A model generated the notes under the pieces. That model was not told the origin of the DNA. It searched no databases and worked only from the letters and a program-made list of their open reading frames with translations. The translations under genes were made by a program, and so were the position numbers. A stretch of 63,859 nt of DNA, counting the filler. It is 6 parts of 6 records of this genome, joined end to end, with 100 filler letters (N's around TTAATTAATTAA, not from the genome) between each part and the next. Parts side by side here need not be neighbours in the genome. Positions count along the whole stretch, not along the records: positions 26,341 to 34,597 come from SRR31156797_7540; positions 34,698 to 40,894 come from SRR31156797_7544; 4 more parts are not named here. The stretch is one strand, 5' to 3'. Below are positions 27,828 through 38,183 of the stretch, piece by piece. Position 1 is the stretch's first letter, and every line of letters starts with the position of its first letter.

Positions 27828-29963
27828 CTACACTAGCTTAATCAATTCTTCCGGTTTTACAGGTATCTTATTAATCTCTATATCCAGAGCATTAGAAATA
27901 GCTAATGAATACGCAGGGGCAGTTCCAATAAGTGTAAGCTCTCCAAGTCCCTTTGCTCCATAAGGCCCATGAATATATGGTATGTTCATAAGCTCTGATG
28001 TAATCTTAGGTACATCTTTTGAGGTAGGAATGATATAGTCAGTTATGCTGTTTTGCATAATTTTACCGTTTTTAGCTTCCATAACTTCCATTCCACCATA
28101 ACCAAGACCTTGGATAAGCCCGCCCTCTATTTGGCCTCGAACAACTAATTCGTCAATTGCTTTACCAATATCATAAATAGCCCAGATATGATCAACATCA
28201 ACTTCACATGTTATAGGGTCAACACTTACTTCTACTACGTTTATTCCCCATGAGTATGAGTTGTAAACATCACCTATAAAGTTTTTACCATCCCAATCAA
28301 AACCTTTTGGTTGCTTGTAGTTTGTAATAATCTCCTGCTCTTCTCCATCTTTCCAGATTGCTTTAAGCTCCTCAGCTCCGTCTTGAACTAGTTTTCCTAC
28401 AACCATAATTGTTCTTGATGCAACTGTAGGGCCTGAATCCAACGTGAAATCAGTGTCCGGATTGTTATAAACTATTTGTTCTATAGGCAGTTCAAGTGAA
28501 TTTGCTGCAATCTTTCTCATTGTTGTATGAACTCCCTGTCCCATCTCAACATTCGATAAGAGTAGATTTACTTTACCCTCAGGAGTTTTATGCAGTTTCA
28601 CTTTCGCTTTGATATAGTCTTGTTCACCACTTCCGGTAAATCCGCCTCCGTGAAAGAATAGCGACATTCCGATTCCCTTATATTTTTCAGGGTTATTTTT
28701 GTTATACTCTTCAAACTCTTCTCTTTTTTTTCTATATGAGCTTAATTCGTCTACTCTCTCTATCATTTTATCCATGATAATAGGATCACGCATCTCACCG
28801 TTTGTAGATGATTTATCATACTGTTTCATTAAGTTATTTATTTTGAATTCAAGAGCATCTAAACCGAGTTCTTTTGCACATTTTTCCATATGAGTTTCCA
28901 GTGCAAAGAATGATTGCGGAGCACCGAATCCTCTGAAAGCTCCACTTGGAACTGTATTTGTTGCAATTGCTCTTCCTCTAACGAAAACATTCTCTACGTT
29001 ATAAGCTCCAATTGCTGCAAATATTGATCTTTGAATAACTATTGTAGAAAGAGTAAGATAAGCTCCTCCGTCAAGTTTAACATCAGCATCCATACCAATA
29101 ATTTTATGATCTTTATCGATATATGAAGTTAATGTAATAAGAGACGGATGTCTCTTAGGTGTAACTTCTACATCCTCTTCTCTATCAAAAATAAGCTGTA
29201 CGGGTTGTTTTGCTTTATATGCTGCAAGCGCAGCATGACCGGCAATTAATGAAGGGTAGTCCTCTTTTCCTCCAAATGCTCCACCTGTAGTAGACTGGAC
29301 AATTCTTACATTTTCAGGTTCAAATCCCATACACTGTTCAACAGCAGCTTTTACATAATATGGACACTGCATAGAGCCGTGTACTTCAACTTTATTATCT
29401 TTATATACTCCCACTAAACCTTGAGGTTCAAGATACATCTGCTCCTGATAACCTGTTTTATATTCACCGCTTATTACATATTCAGCTTTTGATTTGATAG
29501 CTTCTAAATTATTTTTTGAATAAGTATAATTAGCGAAACAGTTATCTTCACCGTATATTGGATTGTCAGATTTCAGGCTTTCTTCTAATGAGAAGACTGC
29601 ACCTATATTTTCATACTCGACCTCTATTTCAGCGATAAGTTTTAAGATTGTTTTTTTTGATTTACCTATCACTAAAGCAATAGGTTCTCCTATATAATTT
29701 ACAACTCCGTCTGCGAAGAAGGGTTGATCATTTTCAATTATTTTTACTGCATTCATTCCCGGAATATCATTTTTATCAACGATAAAATAATTTTCGGGAA
29801 GTTCAGGATATTTTATCGATTTAATTTTTGCTCTTGCTCTGTCTGAACGGACAGTTTTGGCAAATAACATATTTTCGAAATCTGTATCAGCGATATATTT
29901 TGCTTTTCCTAATAATTTATCCTCTGCATCTATTCTGATAACTTTATCTTCTATTTTTTTCAT
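27828..29963 (-). CDS. Xanthine dehydrogenase-family molybdopterin-binding subunit
   Basis: YLEPQG, GGAFGGKE, AFRGFG, EMGQG, TVASR, GQIEGG and AKGLGE (catalytic Glu) motifs. Confidence 0.93.
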   Translation of the reverse strand: MKKIEDKVIRIDAEDKLLGKAKYIADTDFENMLFAKTVRSDRARAKIKSIKYPELPENYFIVDKNDIPGMNAVKIIENDQPFFADGVVNYIGEPIALVIGKSKKTILKLIAEIEVEYENIGAVFSLEESLKSDNPIYGEDNCFANYTYSKNNLEAIKSKAEYVISGEYKTGYQEQMYLEPQGLVGVYKDNKVEVHGSMQCPYYVKAAVEQCMGFEPENVRIVQSTTGGAFGGKEDYPSLIAGHAALAAYKAKQPVQLIFDREEDVEVTPKRHPSLITLTSYIDKDHKIIGMDADVKLDGGAYLTLSTIVIQRSIFAAIGAYNVENVFVRGRAIATNTVPSGAFRGFGAPQSFFALETHMEKCAKELGLDALEFKINNLMKQYDKSSTNGEMRDPIIMDKMIERVDELSSYRKKREEFEEYNKNNPEKYKGIGMSLFFHGGGFTGSGEQDYIKAKVKLHKTPEGKVNLLLSNVEMGQGVHTTMRKIAANSLELPIEQIVYNNPDTDFTLDSGPTVASRTIMVVGKLVQDGAEELKAIWKDGEEQEIITNYKQPKGFDWDGKNFIGDVYNSYSWGINVVEVSVDPITCEVDVDHIWAIYDIGKAIDELVVRGQIEGGLIQGLGYGGMEVMEAKNGKIMQNSITDYIIPTSKDVPKITSELMNIPYIHGPYGAKGLGELTLIGTAPAYSLAISNALDIEINKIPVKPEELIKLV

Positions 29964-30586
29964 ACTGCACCTCTCATTTCCAGTAAAGCTTTATAGTCTT
30001 CTATAGTGTCTAAATCTTTTAATATTGCACTATCTTCAACGATTACATAGGTTTGTTTTCTGTTTGATAGAAACTCTCTTAAATTACTATAATCATTTAA
30101 ATTATTTGATTCCAGAAGTTTTTTCTCAATTATAATAGGATGCCCGTTTCTATAATAATCATGCTCTTTGAAAACAGGAATAACAATACAGCTAGCCTTA
30201 TTATCCTGAGCTATCGAAGTTAATTCTTCATATACTTCCTGTTTTACTGCAGGATAATCACCCGGTGTAAAGATTACTCTGTCCCAATCTCCTAAAGTAA
30301 GAGCATAATTAAAACCTTTTAAAACTGACGAGTACATTCCCTCTTCATAATCTTGATTAAAGATTAAATCAACAAAAGAGTATTTCTCCTGTAAGTATTT
30401 CAGGTTTTCTATTTTATAACCACCCACAACAATAACTTTTGAGCAATATTTTGACATCTTAAGTATAGTATTTTCAATAACAGTTGAATTACCGAATTCA
30501 AGTGTCATCTTGAAAGTTTTAGCACGGGAAGAAAACCCTGCTGCTAAAATTACACCAACAAATCTTTTTTTATTCATTCTAACCAC
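29960..30586 (-). CDS. Molybdenum cofactor cytidylyltransferase (MocA-like NTP transferase)
   Basis: ILAAGFSSR, N.DYEEGMYSS, PGDYP, GHPI and DLDT.EDY motifs; adjacent to XDH subunits. Confidence 0.85.
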   Translation of the reverse strand: MVRMNKKRFVGVILAAGFSSRAKTFKMTLEFGNSTVIENTILKMSKYCSKVIVVGGYKIENLKYLQEKYSFVDLIFNQDYEEGMYSSVLKGFNYALTLGDWDRVIFTPGDYPAVKQEVYEELTSIAQDNKASCIVIPVFKEHDYYRNGHPIIIEKKLLESNNLNDYSNLREFLSNRKQTYVIVEDSAILKDLDTIEDYKALLEMRGAV

Positions 30587-30766
30587 ATCTTTCCTTTGAA
30601 ACCGTGCTCATTGAAGCACACCCAACGAACCTTACGTTCGATCGTTTATAAAACCCAAATTTCAGTTAAATAAATTTGATATGTAATAACTTGATACAAC
30701 GTAAGGTTGCCGCAGTTTGCTGAAGTTAAACGATAGTTTCACTACCGCGTAAGCAAGGTTTTATCT

Positions 30767-31693
30767 TTATAATCTCGATTCTCTATCATATGGAATCCCC
30801 AAATTAGCTGGTCTCACTTGTTTATCTTTTGACGACAGAGCTAATACAACGATAACTAATACATACGGAATCATTACTGCTAACTCATATGGGAATTTGA
30901 TCCCATATACTTGCAATGATCTTTGTAGCGCATGAGCTAAACTAAATAACAAAGCTCCAAACATAATTCCTTTTGGTTTCCATTTACCAAAGTAAACTAA
31001 TGCTACTGCGATAAATCCTCTACCTGCTGTTATGTTATCAGTGAATATTTGCGTTTGGCATAGAGTGATATAAGCTCCTCCAAGTCCTGCCATGATTCCA
31101 CCTAAAATTACACACTGATATCTGATCATATTTACGTTTATTCCTACAGTATCTGCTGCTCTCGGTTTTGTACCTACAGCTCTTACTTTAAGTCCCCATG
31201 CTGTTTTATTCAGCGCATACCAGCTAAGCGGAACTAATGCAAATCCTATATAAACCATTATATTGTGATTGAAAAATATCTCTCCAAGAATAGGAAGATT
31301 ACTTAAAAACGGAATTTCTAAGGCTTGTACACCATCAACTGTTGTGATTGCACCTAGATATATTCTAAAAAATGTACTTGCTAATCCCCATCCAAAAAGG
31401 TGAAGCCCAATACCTGCAATTCCCTGTACGACTCTCAGCGAAACAGCAAGATAAGCATAAATACTTCCCATTAATCCACCAGCTAACATTGCACACATAA
31501 AACCTAAAAATGAACTTCCTGTTTTTAGTTCTGTAAAAAATGCAAAGAAAGCACCAACCATCATGATTCCCTCTACTCCAAGGTTAAAGACACCTGATTT
31601 CTGTCCAAACATCTCTCCAAGTCCCGCTATCAAATAAGGGATACAGAGCATTATTCCTGCTGAAATAATTCCAACGATAATTTCAATTAGCAT
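30767..31693 (-). CDS. Nucleoside/purine ABC transporter permease
   Basis: SGVFNLGVEG, GLKVRAVG..P.AADTVG and GRGFIAVA motifs. Confidence 0.9.
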   Translation of the reverse strand: MLIEIIVGIISAGIMLCIPYLIAGLGEMFGQKSGVFNLGVEGIMMVGAFFAFFTELKTGSSFLGFMCAMLAGGLMGSIYAYLAVSLRVVQGIAGIGLHLFGWGLASTFFRIYLGAITTVDGVQALEIPFLSNLPILGEIFFNHNIMVYIGFALVPLSWYALNKTAWGLKVRAVGTKPRAADTVGINVNMIRYQCVILGGIMAGLGGAYITLCQTQIFTDNITAGRGFIAVALVYFGKWKPKGIMFGALLFSLAHALQRSLQVYGIKFPYELAVMIPYVLVIVVLALSSKDKQVRPANLGIPYDRESRL

Positions 31694-32830
31694 CTACATC
31701 TCCTCCACTTCTGCAAGCATCTTTTTAGATTTTTTTGATACTACAAATTTACTCATTATATTTTCTTTAATTTTTTTATCTGTTAAAAATATTCTTGTTG
31801 ATACAATTGCTAAAATTATTAAACCTTGAATAGCAAGCACAATTGCAGATGGAACCTCTACAGCTCTTTGCATCATATCTGCTCCTAATATAAGAAGTCC
31901 GAATAAAACTGAAGCTGGAATAATCCCTAATGGATGAAGTCCTCCAAATAGTGCAACTACTATTCCACTAAAACCATATCCACCGGATAAACCTTCAAGT
32001 CCTCTATGGTGAACACCAAGTGCTTCAATAGCTCCAGCCATTCCACAGAAACCACCAGATATCATAATTGCCATTACTAGATAAATTTTTACATTCATTC
32101 CAGCGTAGTTAGCAGCTTTAGCTTCTGCTCCAACAGCTCTTAGCTTATATCCAAGAGTTGTTTTCCAAAGCATCAAATATATTACTACTGATAAAACTAC
32201 TGCGATAATTATTCCTGTATGAAGCCTTGTACCTCTGATTAGTCTTCCAAGCCATGCAGCTTTAGTAATCATCTCAGTTTGTGCAATTCCAGTTCCGTTT
32301 GCAATCTCTTTTGGATCAATTAACGGACCTCTAATCAAGAATATATATAGTTGAGCAGCGATGTAGTTCAACATTACAGTACTCAAGATTTCATTTACTT
32401 CTAAGTAAGCTTTCATGTATCCAGCGATTCCAGCCCAAAGAGCTCCACCTAAGAAACTTGCAATGAATGCAGCAGGTATCAAGATAACACTAGGAAGTCC
32501 GTCGAAGAATAGAACGAATGCAATTCCAGACACAGCTCCCATCATAATCTGTCCCTCTCCGCCGATATTTAGGATACCACTTCTAAATGCTACTGATATT
32601 CCTACAGCTACGAACATTAGCGGCGCTGAACGGACAAGCATCTCACTTATACCGAAGATATTTCCTAATGGCCTCGTAAACATAACTGCGTATGCTTCCA
32701 GAGGATTGGCTCCTGCCATTAGGAACAGGATTCCTCCTAGAAACAATGCTATAAAGATTGCTGTAACTACAACACCAGCTTTATAAATTGTATCTGCATA
32801 TTTTTTATTTTTAATATTGTTGTTTTCCAT
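31694..32830 (-). CDS. Nucleoside/purine ABC transporter permease
   Basis: NIGGEGQ, VNEILSTVMLNY and GYGFSGIVVA motifs. Confidence 0.9.
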   Translation of the reverse strand: MENNNIKNKKYADTIYKAGVVVTAIFIALFLGGILFLMAGANPLEAYAVMFTRPLGNIFGISEMLVRSAPLMFVAVGISVAFRSGILNIGGEGQIMMGAVSGIAFVLFFDGLPSVILIPAAFIASFLGGALWAGIAGYMKAYLEVNEILSTVMLNYIAAQLYIFLIRGPLIDPKEIANGTGIAQTEMITKAAWLGRLIRGTRLHTGIIIAVVLSVVIYLMLWKTTLGYKLRAVGAEAKAANYAGMNVKIYLVMAIMISGGFCGMAGAIEALGVHHRGLEGLSGGYGFSGIVVALFGGLHPLGIIPASVLFGLLILGADMMQRAVEVPSAIVLAIQGLIILAIVSTRIFLTDKKIKENIMSKFVVSKKSKKMLAEVEEM

Positions 32831-32943
32831 TTAAATTGCCGCCTTTCTTTTATAAATTCCTTGTCAAACAGTCAAACTTTTTTAACGCTCACTTCGTTAA
32901 GAAAATTAAAACTCCTTACAAAATGCACAAAGTGTTAAAATCT

Positions 32944-32967
32944 GTAGGGGCTTACGGTCGTACGCCC
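32944..32967 (+). repeat. GTAG-type REP-like element
   Basis: GTAGGGGCTTACGGTCGTACGCCC: GTAG head followed by an imperfect GGGC...GCCC stem. Confidence 0.55.
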
Positions 32968-32976
32968 AATATTTTT

Positions 32977-34491
32977 TTAAGAAACACCTGCCATAAGTAG
33001 TCCGAGTTTTGATTTAGTTGCTTCTTTTTTAGATAGAACATCTAGAATTTTTCCTTCATATATAACTGCGATTTTGTCACAGATATTTATAAGCTCATCT
33101 AATTCTTCAGAAATTACCATTATTGCCATATTTCTGTCTCTACCTTCCAGCAACTGACTATGTACATACTCGGCAGCTCCTATGTCTAGCCCTCTTATTG
33201 GATAGGCAGCAACGAGCATTTTAGGCTCTCTTGTTATCTCTCTAGCGAATATAACCTTTTGAATATTTCCTCCTGATAAAGTACCGCAAGCGGTGTCTAT
33301 GTCAGGACATTTAACATTAAATTTTTCTACTAAATTTTTAGCATTTTTCATAATTACTTTGTTTTTTAGGAAACTAAGCTTTGAAAAAGAACTTCTAAAA
33401 TAATCTTTCATTATAAGATTTTCTTTGATACTGAAGCTTGGTATTATTCCTTCATGGTTTCTATCTTCAGGAATATATCCCATATCTTCGTTTATAATTT
33501 TTTGCGTTGATAAATTTGTAATGTTTTTTCCTTTAAAATTGATATTTCCTTTACTTACATGTCTTATTCCGTTTATTACTTCTGCAAGTTCCTTTTGTCC
33601 ATTACCGGAAACACCTGCAATTCCTAGGATTTCACCCTCTTTTATTTCAAGTGAAATACCGTTTAAAGCAAAAGTACCTCTATCCCCTTCAGCCCATACA
33701 TCATCTAGCTTTAGTACACTCTCTCCAAAATCTGTTTTTTCTTCACTAACATGTATGTGAATATCTCGACCTGCCATTTTTGCTGCAAGCTCCTCTTGTG
33801 AGTGATCATCTGTAGCTCCACTGTATGCTAATTTACCATTTCTAAGAACAGTTACTTTATCTGTTACTGTTTTTACTTCGTTTAGTTTGTGACTTATAAA
33901 TATGATCGAACATCCCTCTTCAGCCATTTTTCTAAGTAAGAGTAACAGATCATCTGTCTCTTGTGGTGTTAATGCAGCTGTAGGTTCGTCTAATATTAGT
34001 AGATTAGCACCAAGGCATAAAGTTTTAACTAGTTCTACTCTTTGCTGTTCTCCTACACTTAATTGCCAAACATAAGCATCGGGATTTACAGCTAAGTCAT
34101 ATTTGTCTGTAATCTCTTTAATTTTTTCTCTGATTTCATTTAGATCAAGTTTGATCATATTTGAATTTCTAAGGCCTAGAGCAATATTTTCTAATACTGT
34201 TAGGTTTGGTACAAGCATGAAATGCTGATGAACCATCCCAATTCCAAGTTTAAATGCAGTTTTAGGGGAGTCAATCTTAACTTCCTTACCGTTAATAAGA
34301 ACTACTCCTTCGTTTTGGGTATAAAGTCCGTAAAGGATATTCATGAGAGTAGTTTTACCTGCACCATTTTCCCCTAACAGTGCTAAGATTTCTCCCTGCT
34401 TTAATTCTAAACTTATATTGTCACAGGCTAAAACTCCCGGAAACCTCTTAGTTATATTTTTCATTTCTAATTGTTTAATTTCTTCTCTCAT
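32977..34491 (-). CDS. Nucleoside ABC transporter ATP-binding protein (two NBDs, CUT2 family)
   Basis: GENGAGKT, GMVHQHFML, LSVGEQQR, LDEPT, YIPEDR and LSGGNIQK motifs. Confidence 0.93.
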   Translation of the reverse strand: MREEIKQLEMKNITKRFPGVLACDNISLELKQGEILALLGENGAGKTTLMNILYGLYTQNEGVVLINGKEVKIDSPKTAFKLGIGMVHQHFMLVPNLTVLENIALGLRNSNMIKLDLNEIREKIKEITDKYDLAVNPDAYVWQLSVGEQQRVELVKTLCLGANLLILDEPTAALTPQETDDLLLLLRKMAEEGCSIIFISHKLNEVKTVTDKVTVLRNGKLAYSGATDDHSQEELAAKMAGRDIHIHVSEEKTDFGESVLKLDDVWAEGDRGTFALNGISLEIKEGEILGIAGVSGNGQKELAEVINGIRHVSKGNINFKGKNITNLSTQKIINEDMGYIPEDRNHEGIIPSFSIKENLIMKDYFRSSFSKLSFLKNKVIMKNAKNLVEKFNVKCPDIDTACGTLSGGNIQKVIFAREITREPKMLVAAYPIRGLDIGAAEYVHSQLLEGRDRNMAIMVISEELDELINICDKIAVIYEGKILDVLSKKEATKSKLGLLMAGVS

Positions 34492-34597
34492 GGTTTTTCT
34501 CCTTACGTGTTTTATGTACTCTCAGAAACTCTTAAAACCGCTATTTTAAATTTTTTTTGTTTCTTTATTTCCTCCAAACAGACCTCACCTAAATCCT

Positions 34598-34697
34598 NNN
34601 NNNNNNNNNNNNNNNNNNNNNNNNNNNNNNNNNNNNNNNNNTTAATTAATTAANNNNNNNNNNNNNNNNNNNNNNNNNNNNNNNNNNNNNNNNNNNN
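34598..34697. other. Artificial contig spacer
   Basis: N44-TTAATTAATTAA-N44. Confidence 0.99.
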
Positions 34698-34767
34698 GCT
34701 TTTTGTTGTTTATTATTCTGCGGATGTTGTATAATCGATGGTAACGCATTTTTGAACGGAGGCCCGC

Positions 34768-36048
34768 ATGCTCTACTGTGCCAGGGAAACTGCCGATGGT
34801 TATCTGACTCCCGGGGAGATGAAAGAGGCGCTGAAGAACCTCTTCGCCGAGCTGGGAGATCTTGATCGGGTTCTGATCATACCGCCCGATTTCACCCGTT
34901 TCCACTCGGGCGCCGGGCTTCTCACCGAGATGGCCTGGACCCTCCTGGGCGACAGGGTCAAGGCCGTTCTACCCGCCCTGGGAACCCATTTCCCCATGTC
35001 CGATCCGGAGAAGCATAAGATGTTCGGCCGCCTTCCCAAGGAACTGGTTGTGGATCACTTCTGGCGGGAGGGGCTGACAGAGCTCGGACGCATCGGCGGA
35101 GATGAGATGGCCGAGCTTTCGGACGGGCGCCTGAGTTATGACTGGCCCGTACAAATCAATCCCCTGCTGCTGGAAGACTGGGACCTCATCCTGTCCATAG
35201 GTCAGGTCGTTCCCCACGAGGTCGTGGGAATGGCCAACTTCACAAAGAATATCGTGGTGGGTACGGGCGGTAAGGAAGGGATCGACAAAAGCCACTTCCT
35301 GGGCGCCGTATGCAATATGGAGACGATTATGGGACGGGGGGAGACTCCCGTCCGCGAGCTGTTTAACAGAGGGGTGAAGCGTTTCTGCAGGGAGCTGCCT
35401 ATCGTCTATGTTCAGACCGTGATCCAGAGCGACGGGGACGGGAAGCCCCGGATGAGCGGACTCTATATCGGCGATGACAAGGAGTGCTACTCCAGGGCCG
35501 CCGCATTGTCCATGAAGCTGAATATCAAGCTGCTGGACAGGGCTCCGAAAAAGGTCGTCGTCTCCCTCGATCCTGCGGAGTTCCGCAGCACCTGGCTGGG
35601 GAACAAAAGCATATACCGTACCAGGATGGCCATAGCCGACGGCGGCGAGTTGATCGTGCTGGCTCCCAGCCTGCGCTGTTTCGGGGAGAACGAGGATATG
35701 GATTTGATTATCAGAAAGTACGGTTACCGGGGGACCGACGCCATCCTCAGGGCGGTGGACGGTAACCGTGATCTGGCGGATAATCTTTCCGTGGCGGCCC
35801 ATCTGATCCACGGTTCCTCCGAGGGGCGTTTCAGCATCCGCTATTGCCCCGGAGCGCTGAGCCGCGAAGAGATAGAGGGGGCCGGTTTCCTGTACGGCGA
35901 TCTGAAGACGTATTCCAAGCAATACGATATCTCGGCGCTGAAGGAAGGCTGGAACCGAAGTCCCGAAGGGGAGGAATTCTACTACATCTCCAATCCGGCC
36001 CTGGGACTCTGGGCTCTGGAAGAGAAATTTCGGGGAGGCATATCGTGA
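34768..36048 (+). CDS. LarA (lactate racemase/DUF2088) superfamily hydroxy-acid racemase/epimerase
   Basis: PPDFTR, ALGTH and VVPHEVVGMANFTKN motifs; 426 aa. Confidence 0.8.
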   Translation: MLYCARETADGYLTPGEMKEALKNLFAELGDLDRVLIIPPDFTRFHSGAGLLTEMAWTLLGDRVKAVLPALGTHFPMSDPEKHKMFGRLPKELVVDHFWREGLTELGRIGGDEMAELSDGRLSYDWPVQINPLLLEDWDLILSIGQVVPHEVVGMANFTKNIVVGTGGKEGIDKSHFLGAVCNMETIMGRGETPVRELFNRGVKRFCRELPIVYVQTVIQSDGDGKPRMSGLYIGDDKECYSRAAALSMKLNIKLLDRAPKKVVVSLDPAEFRSTWLGNKSIYRTRMAIADGGELIVLAPSLRCFGENEDMDLIIRKYGYRGTDAILRAVDGNRDLADNLSVAAHLIHGSSEGRFSIRYCPGALSREEIEGAGFLYGDLKTYSKQYDISALKEGWNRSPEGEEFYYISNPALGLWALEEKFRGGIS

Positions 36049-36536
36049 TCTTCATGATTATGGGCGTCAGCGGCTGCGGCAAGACGACCCTGGGGAAAAG
36101 GGTCGCCGCATCTCAGAACATCCCTTATTTTGAGGCCGATGAATTCCATCCCCCCGAAAACATTCGGAAGATGAGTGCCGGAGTTCCCCTGAACGATGAT
36201 GACCGATGGCCCTGGCTGGCCGGCATCCGGGAACGGGTGAAGGAGTGCCAGGATGAGGGCAGGTCGGCTGTGTTCTCCTGCTCGGCCCTGAAAGAGAGCT
36301 ATCGGTTCTTTCTGGGCGAGGGGCTTGCGGAGCCTATGAAATGGGTCTATCTGAAAGGTGACTTCCAGACCATCTTCGAGCGCCTTGAGCGGAGAAAAGG
36401 TCACTACCAGAAGGCGGGTATGCTCAAGAGCCAGTTCGCCGATCTTGAGGAACCGGATTACGGCCTGATCCTGGACATTGAAGATCCCCTGGAAGACAAG
36501 GTCAGGGCCGTCTGCGCCCTGGCAGAGCCTGGCTAG
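36045..36536 (+). CDS. gntK: Gluconokinase (GntK/IdnK type)
   Basis: MGVSGCGKT, EADEFHP.EN..KM..G.PLNDDDRWPW, CSALK..YR and SQF.DLEEP motifs; GTGA overlap with the larA-like gene. Confidence 0.9.
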   Translation: MIFMIMGVSGCGKTTLGKRVAASQNIPYFEADEFHPPENIRKMSAGVPLNDDDRWPWLAGIRERVKECQDEGRSAVFSCSALKESYRFFLGEGLAEPMKWVYLKGDFQTIFERLERRKGHYQKAGMLKSQFADLEEPDYGLILDIEDPLEDKVRAVCALAEPG

Positions 36537-36651
36537 CTTTATTCAGGAAGGAAGGTCCCGGATCAGAGCTCTGCTCCGGACAGGGGAGCATCTGAACGAA
36601 GAAGCCCTCCCGGTTGTTGCGTCGGTGGAGCTGTCTTTTCCACTCTCATCA

Positions 36652-38028
36652 TCAAAGAAGAAAGGCCGACAGGATCAGAACGGCGACCATTGTCACCAGT
36701 CCCTGGATGGCCGTGGCCGCCGTATGGGATTTGTAGGCTGTTTTGATGTCCATGCCGCTGAACTCTGCGACTACCCAGAAATAGGAGTCATTGGCATGGG
36801 ACACGGCCATGGCCCCTGCCCCTATGCTCATCACGACCAATACCGTGCCGACAACCGAATCCAGTCCCATATTCGGCAGCAGCGGCGCCATCAGGGCGGA
36901 GGCGGTGACCATCGTGGTGGTCGTGGAACCCTGTGCCGTCTTCAGGGCGGCCGAGAAGATAAAGGGGAGCAGGATGCCCAGGCTCCAGACGCTCATGAAA
37001 TTCCCCAGGTAGTCTGAGATGGGGGTGGCCTTGATGATGGCTCCGAACGCGCCTCCCGCTCCCGTGATCAGGATGATCGGGCCGGCGATGCGTATCCCTT
37101 CCCCTATCCATTTCATAAGAGCCTCTTCGTTCAGCTCGGGCGCCAGAAACAGAGCGAAGACGAATCCGATAAGCAGAGCCATGGTCGGACTGCCCAGAAA
37201 CAGTATGACCCTGCCGGCGGAGCCCAGCCTTGAGGCCGCCGCCGGGACCGATGCGAAAGAACCGATTCCAATCAGGATTATGGGGACGATGATGGGCGCG
37301 AAGGAGAGGGCGGTGGAAGGCAGCTTCCCGGGATCTCCCTCGGGTTCACCTGTCAGGCCGTTGCGAAAGAGCTCCGCATTGATACGGTCTTCCCTGGTTT
37401 CCGCCTTCTCTCCGATGTATGAGGCCCAGAGGTATCCGGCCGCCATGGGGATCAGGGAGATGCCTATTCCGAAGAGCACCACCGTGCCCAGATGGTTTTC
37501 CAGTCCCAGGTTGCCCGCGGCGGCCACGGGGCCGGGCGTAGGGGGGATCAGGGTGTGGGAGGCATAGAGACCGCTGCCCAGGGCAACGCTCATGGCGGCA
37601 GACCGCGCCCCTGTCTTCCGGGTCACGGATTTGCGCATGGTGTTCAGGATGATATAGCCCGAATCGCAGAATACGGGAATCGAGACCAGCCAGCCTATGA
37701 TGCTCATCGCCAGCTCAGGCCGCTTGGGGCCGAGAGCGCTCACCACCGTATCCGCCATCCTCAGGGCGGCTCCCGACTTCTCCAGGAAAACGCCGATCAC
37801 CGATCCCAGTACGATGACGATTCCGATATGGCTCAGAATCGTACCGAAGCCGTGTCGGATGGCCGGCTCTATCGCCTGTACGTCGAACTGGCCCAGAGCG
37901 GAGGCGCTCAGTCCCAGGAACAGGGAGGCCGCGACCAGTGAGATGAAGGGGTGAAGCTTGAGCAGAGAACCCGCTGCGACTATCATCCCTATGGATACAA
38001 AGAGAAGCCCAATCATGATGAATCCCAT
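36652..38028 (-). CDS. GntP-family gluconate/sugar-acid permease (paralog 2)
   Basis: LHPF, IPVFCDSG, PPTPGP, LKTAQGS and SHANDSYFW motifs; GGAGG RBS before the ATG at 38028. Confidence 0.92.
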   Translation of the reverse strand: MGFIMIGLLFVSIGMIVAAGSLLKLHPFISLVAASLFLGLSASALGQFDVQAIEPAIRHGFGTILSHIGIVIVLGSVIGVFLEKSGAALRMADTVVSALGPKRPELAMSIIGWLVSIPVFCDSGYIILNTMRKSVTRKTGARSAAMSVALGSGLYASHTLIPPTPGPVAAAGNLGLENHLGTVVLFGIGISLIPMAAGYLWASYIGEKAETREDRINAELFRNGLTGEPEGDPGKLPSTALSFAPIIVPIILIGIGSFASVPAAASRLGSAGRVILFLGSPTMALLIGFVFALFLAPELNEEALMKWIGEGIRIAGPIILITGAGGAFGAIIKATPISDYLGNFMSVWSLGILLPFIFSAALKTAQGSTTTTMVTASALMAPLLPNMGLDSVVGTVLVVMSIGAGAMAVSHANDSYFWVVAEFSGMDIKTAYKSHTAATAIQGLVTMVAVLILSAFLL

Positions 38029-38122
38029 TGTCTTTCCTCCCTGCAATAATAGAAAGATCCCCGCGGGATCTTCGGAAGAGAACGGTAACATGATTGTAAA
38101 GGAAATGCTTTTTTTTGGAAAT

Positions 38123-38154
38123 AAAAAAAGGCCTCCGGCAAAGCGCCGGAGGCC
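38123..38154 (-). terminator. Rho-independent terminator between the two permeases
   Basis: Perfect 10-bp stem GGCCTCCGGC/GCCGGAGGCC followed by T7 on the minus strand. Confidence 0.85.
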
Positions 38155-38183
38155 AGTGTTTCAATATCAGATCGAAATCATGC

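Noticed and set aside
30587-30766. Moco riboswitch upstream of mocA/XDH genes
   Set aside because: The region is structured, but I could not match the Moco RNA consensus; it looks more like inverted-repeat/REP-like elements. An Rfam scan would settle it.
34471-34905. ORF-track entries running into or across N spacers (also 40651-40950 and the ends of 55390-56430 and 56435-57754)
   Set aside because: Artefacts of the spacer; the true genes are truncated or on the other strand.
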